The notes under the pieces were generated by a model. It made no database searches. It was not told the origin of the DNA and saw only the letters and a program-made list of their open reading frames with translations. This document shows, one piece after another, positions 7,141 to 8,909 of a DNA stretch of 8,909 nt (its first letter is position 1; each line of letters opens with the position of its first letter). The DNA comes from a virus (Duplodnaviria; Heunggongvirae; Uroviricota; Caudoviricetes), in IMG/VR virus record IMGVR_UViG_2700989167_000004. One strand, given 5' to 3'. The translations under genes were made by a program, and so were the position numbers.

Positions 7141-7527
7141 ATGGCTACGAAAGAAGAAAACCTGAAACGTCTTTGTGAGCTGGCTGAGAGGCTGGGGCGT
7201 GAACCGGATGTCTCCGGTAGTGCGGCAGATATTGCGCAGCGAGTGGCGGAACTGGAGGAAGAGCTTGGAGATGCGGGGGAGGTCGCAGAGCCGGATACGT
7301 ACTCACCATCGAAAGATGATCCGACCGCGCATAAAGGCGAGTCAGTTCCTGAACAGCCAGGCATTGTTACCGGAGACGAAACGGGGCAGGTTACGGTGGT
7401 GGCACTGGCGACACTGCATACAAAATGTAATGGTTCAGTGATATTTGTTTCACCGGGAACGTCGTTTCGTGTTTCTGCTGAGGTGGCTGCCAGCATGGCG
7501 GCAGGTGGTCTGGCAAAAAGGCAGTAA
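7141..7527 (+). CDS. FI: DNA-packaging / head assembly protein FI (gpFI-like)
   Basis: The C-terminal half (VTVVALATLHT…VSPGTSFRVSAEVAASMAAGGLAKRQ) matches recalled lambda gpFI (VTVVALVKLHT…VLPGTAFRVSAGVAAEMTERGLARMQ); the N-terminal acidic region with the RVAELEEEL motif matches lambda RVAELKEEL. Start chosen at the ATG at 7141 (AGGAG at 7131-7135, 5-nt spacer) rather than the track ATG at 7108, which lies inside the hairpin loop with no Shine-Dalgarno sequence. Confidence 0.8.
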   Translation: MATKEENLKRLCELAERLGREPDVSGSAADIAQRVAELEEELGDAGEVAEPDTYSPSKDDPTAHKGESVPEQPGIVTGDETGQVTVVALATLHTKCNGSVIFVSPGTSFRVSAEVAASMAAGGLAKRQ

Positions 7528-7538
7528 CAGGAGATGTC

Positions 7539-7916
7539 GTGGACGGTTTCGATAATCTGTTTGATGCTGCGCTTGCCGGTGTCAATGAAGTCATTCTCCG
7601 TGATATGGGGATCAGCGCCGTCATTACGTCCGGAGAACTTGAGGGGACACACCTGACAGGGGTTTTTGATGATCCCGAAAGTATTTCTTTTGTTGCCGGG
7701 GGGATCCGGCTTGAGGATTCCTCACCGTGCCTGTTTGTGAAAACGGCAGATATATCGCAGTTACGCCGTCAGGATACGTTAACTATCGGGGATGATTCTT
7801 TCTTTGTGGATCGTATTACTCCGGATGACGGGGGATGCTGTTATATCCGGTTAAGGCGGGGCAGTCCTGCCCCACAGAATAATGCCAGAATGAGGCGATA
7901 TGATGAAGGGACTTGA
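7539..7916 (+). CDS. FII: Head-tail connector protein FII (gpFII-like)
   Basis: GTG start at 7539 with AGGAG (7529-7533) 5 nt upstream. The product (DGFDNLFDAALAG…GVFDDPESISF…SSPCLFVKT…QLRRQDTLTIGDDSFFVDRITPDDGG…) matches recalled lambda gpFII (ADFDNLFDAAIARA…GVFDDPENISY…SSPSLFVRT…QLRRGDTLTIGEENFWVDRVSPDDGG…). The 3' end overlaps the Z start. Confidence 0.8.
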   Translation: MDGFDNLFDAALAGVNEVILRDMGISAVITSGELEGTHLTGVFDDPESISFVAGGIRLEDSSPCLFVKTADISQLRRQDTLTIGDDSFFVDRITPDDGGCCYIRLRRGSPAPQNNARMRRYDEGT

Positions 7917-8487
7917 GAATGCCATCCGCAATCTGAACAGCCTCGATACCCGCATGGTGCCACAGACCAGCGCATGGGCGGTAAACCGTGTGGCGGCAAA
8001 GATTGTTTCTGTCGCCACACGGCAGGTTGCGCAGAATACCGTTGCCGGGGATAACCAGGTGAAAGGTATTCCCCTGAAAACGGTCAGGGAGCGTGTCAGG
8101 CTGCTTAAAGCCAGCCCCTCAGGAAAAATGTATGCCCGCATGCGTGTTAACCGGGGTAACCTGCCCGCCATTAAGCTGGGTACCGCACAGGTCAGACTGG
8201 CCCGCTCCCGGCATGGCAGCAACTCACGTCATCGTGGCAGCGTACTGAAAGTGGGGAAATACCTTTTCCGGGATGCGTTTATTCAGCAACTGGCGAATGG
8301 TCGCTGGCATGTGATGCGGCGTATTGACGGCAAAAATCGTTACCCCATTGATGTGGTGAAAATCCCGATGTCCGGACCGCTGACACAGGCATTTGAAGAT
8401 GCCCGCGACCGCATCATTGCTGCGGAAATGCCGAAACAGCTGGGGTATGCCCTGAAACAACAACTGAGGTTACATCTGAGTAAATGA
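7900..8487 (+). CDS. Z: Tail completion protein Z (gpZ-like)
   Basis: A 195-aa ORF with blocks KGLE, VNRVA, RVNRGNLPAIKLG, AFIQQLANGRWHVMRRIDGKNRYPIDVVKIPM and LGYALKQQLR, matching recalled lambda gpZ (…IKGLEQ…INRVA…KVNRGDLPVIKLG…AFIQQLKNGRWHVMQRVAGKNRYPIDVVKIPM…LGYALQHQLR). Tandem ATGs at 7900 and 7903; GAGG at 7892-7895 slightly favours 7903. Confidence 0.82.
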   Translation: MMKGLENAIRNLNSLDTRMVPQTSAWAVNRVAAKIVSVATRQVAQNTVAGDNQVKGIPLKTVRERVRLLKASPSGKMYARMRVNRGNLPAIKLGTAQVRLARSRHGSNSRHRGSVLKVGKYLFRDAFIQQLANGRWHVMRRIDGKNRYPIDVVKIPMSGPLTQAFEDARDRIIAAEMPKQLGYALKQQLRLHLSK

Positions 8488-8885
8488 ACCGACACACACA
8501 AATCCGTCAGAGCGTGCTGGCACGCCTTCGGGAACAGTGTGGAGACAGCGCCACGTTTTTTGACGGGCTTCCGGCATTTATTGATGCGCAGGAACTGCCC
8601 GCCGTGGCGGTGTGGCTGAGTGATGCGCAGTACACCGGAAAAATGACGGATGAGGACGACTGGCAGGCTGTTCTGCATATTGCCGTTTTCGTCCGTGCAC
8701 AGGCGCCGGATTCTGAGCTGGATACGTGGATGGAGAACACCATATTTCCGGCCATGAAGGATATTCCGGTGCTTTCCGGACTCATCGACACCATGATCCC
8801 ACTCGGTTTTAACTATCAACGTGATAATGAGATGGCCACCTGGGCGATGGCGGAAATCACGTACCAGATCACGTACACGAATTAA
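8484..8885 (+). CDS. U: Tail terminator protein U (gpU-like)
   Basis: A 133-aa ORF (…ATFFDGLPAFIDAQELPAVAVWLSDAQYTG…WQAVLHIAVFVRAQAPDSELDTWME…ITYQITY) matches recalled lambda gpU (…ATFFDGRPAVFDEADFPAVAVYLTGAEYTG…WQAELHIEVFLPAQVPDSELDAWME…LTYVITY). Its start overlaps the Z stop (ATGA). Confidence 0.87.
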   Translation: MNRHTQIRQSVLARLREQCGDSATFFDGLPAFIDAQELPAVAVWLSDAQYTGKMTDEDDWQAVLHIAVFVRAQAPDSELDTWMENTIFPAMKDIPVLSGLIDTMIPLGFNYQRDNEMATWAMAEITYQITYTN

Positions 8886-8895
8886 GGAGGTGGTA

Positions 8896-8909
8896 ATGAC
8901 CACACCAAA
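8896..8909 (+). CDS. Start of the next late gene (major tail protein V-like by synteny); only about 4 codons are in the window
   Basis: Strong ribosome-binding site AAGGAGG (8884-8890) 5 nt upstream of the ATG at 8896, immediately after U. Identity is inferred from lambda gene order only; there is too little sequence to confirm. Confidence 0.4.

Noticed and set aside
6085-8903. Long minus-strand ORFs over E, FI/FII, Z and U (6085..6606, 6736..7128, 7125..7652, 7851..8222, 8340..8903)
   Set aside because: They are antisense to strongly supported capsid and tail-completion genes, with no independent start or RBS evidence; judged to be shadow ORFs.
1-8909. cos site, CRISPR array, tRNA/rRNA genes, integrase or transposase
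   Set aside because: I found no lambda cosN-like motif by eye, no regularly spaced short direct repeats separated by unique spacers, and no ORF resembling a recombinase. A cos site would be expected upstream of Nu1, outside the window.

Overview
This window is a contiguous, same-strand (+) lambda-like phage late-gene block covering DNA packaging, head morphogenesis and the start of the tail genes, in canonical lambda order: Nu1 (3' part) - A (terminase large subunit) - W - B (portal) - C/Nu3 (prohead protease/scaffold) - D (decoration) - E (major capsid) - FI - FII - Z - U - start of V. Calls rest on reading the supplied translations against lambda protein sequences recalled from memory, plus synteny, gene overlaps and ribosome-binding sites; no search was run. 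Genes are tightly packed with no inserted cargo genes, and I see no RNA genes, CRISPR array, integrase or transposase. I found no convincing evidence of a novel system here. The notable observations are signs of decay or draft-assembly error: (1) the portal gene is split by a +1 frameshift in a T6 homopolymer; (2) the last ~27 codons of the terminase large subunit are read in a different frame from the one that resembles lambda gpA; (3) the Nu1-like frame carries in-frame stops just upstream of its conserved C-terminal domain; (4) the C/Nu3 region carries at least three tandem copies of a ~47-50 aa module and runs straight into a 116-nt N gap. There is also a terminator-like hairpin between E and FI.
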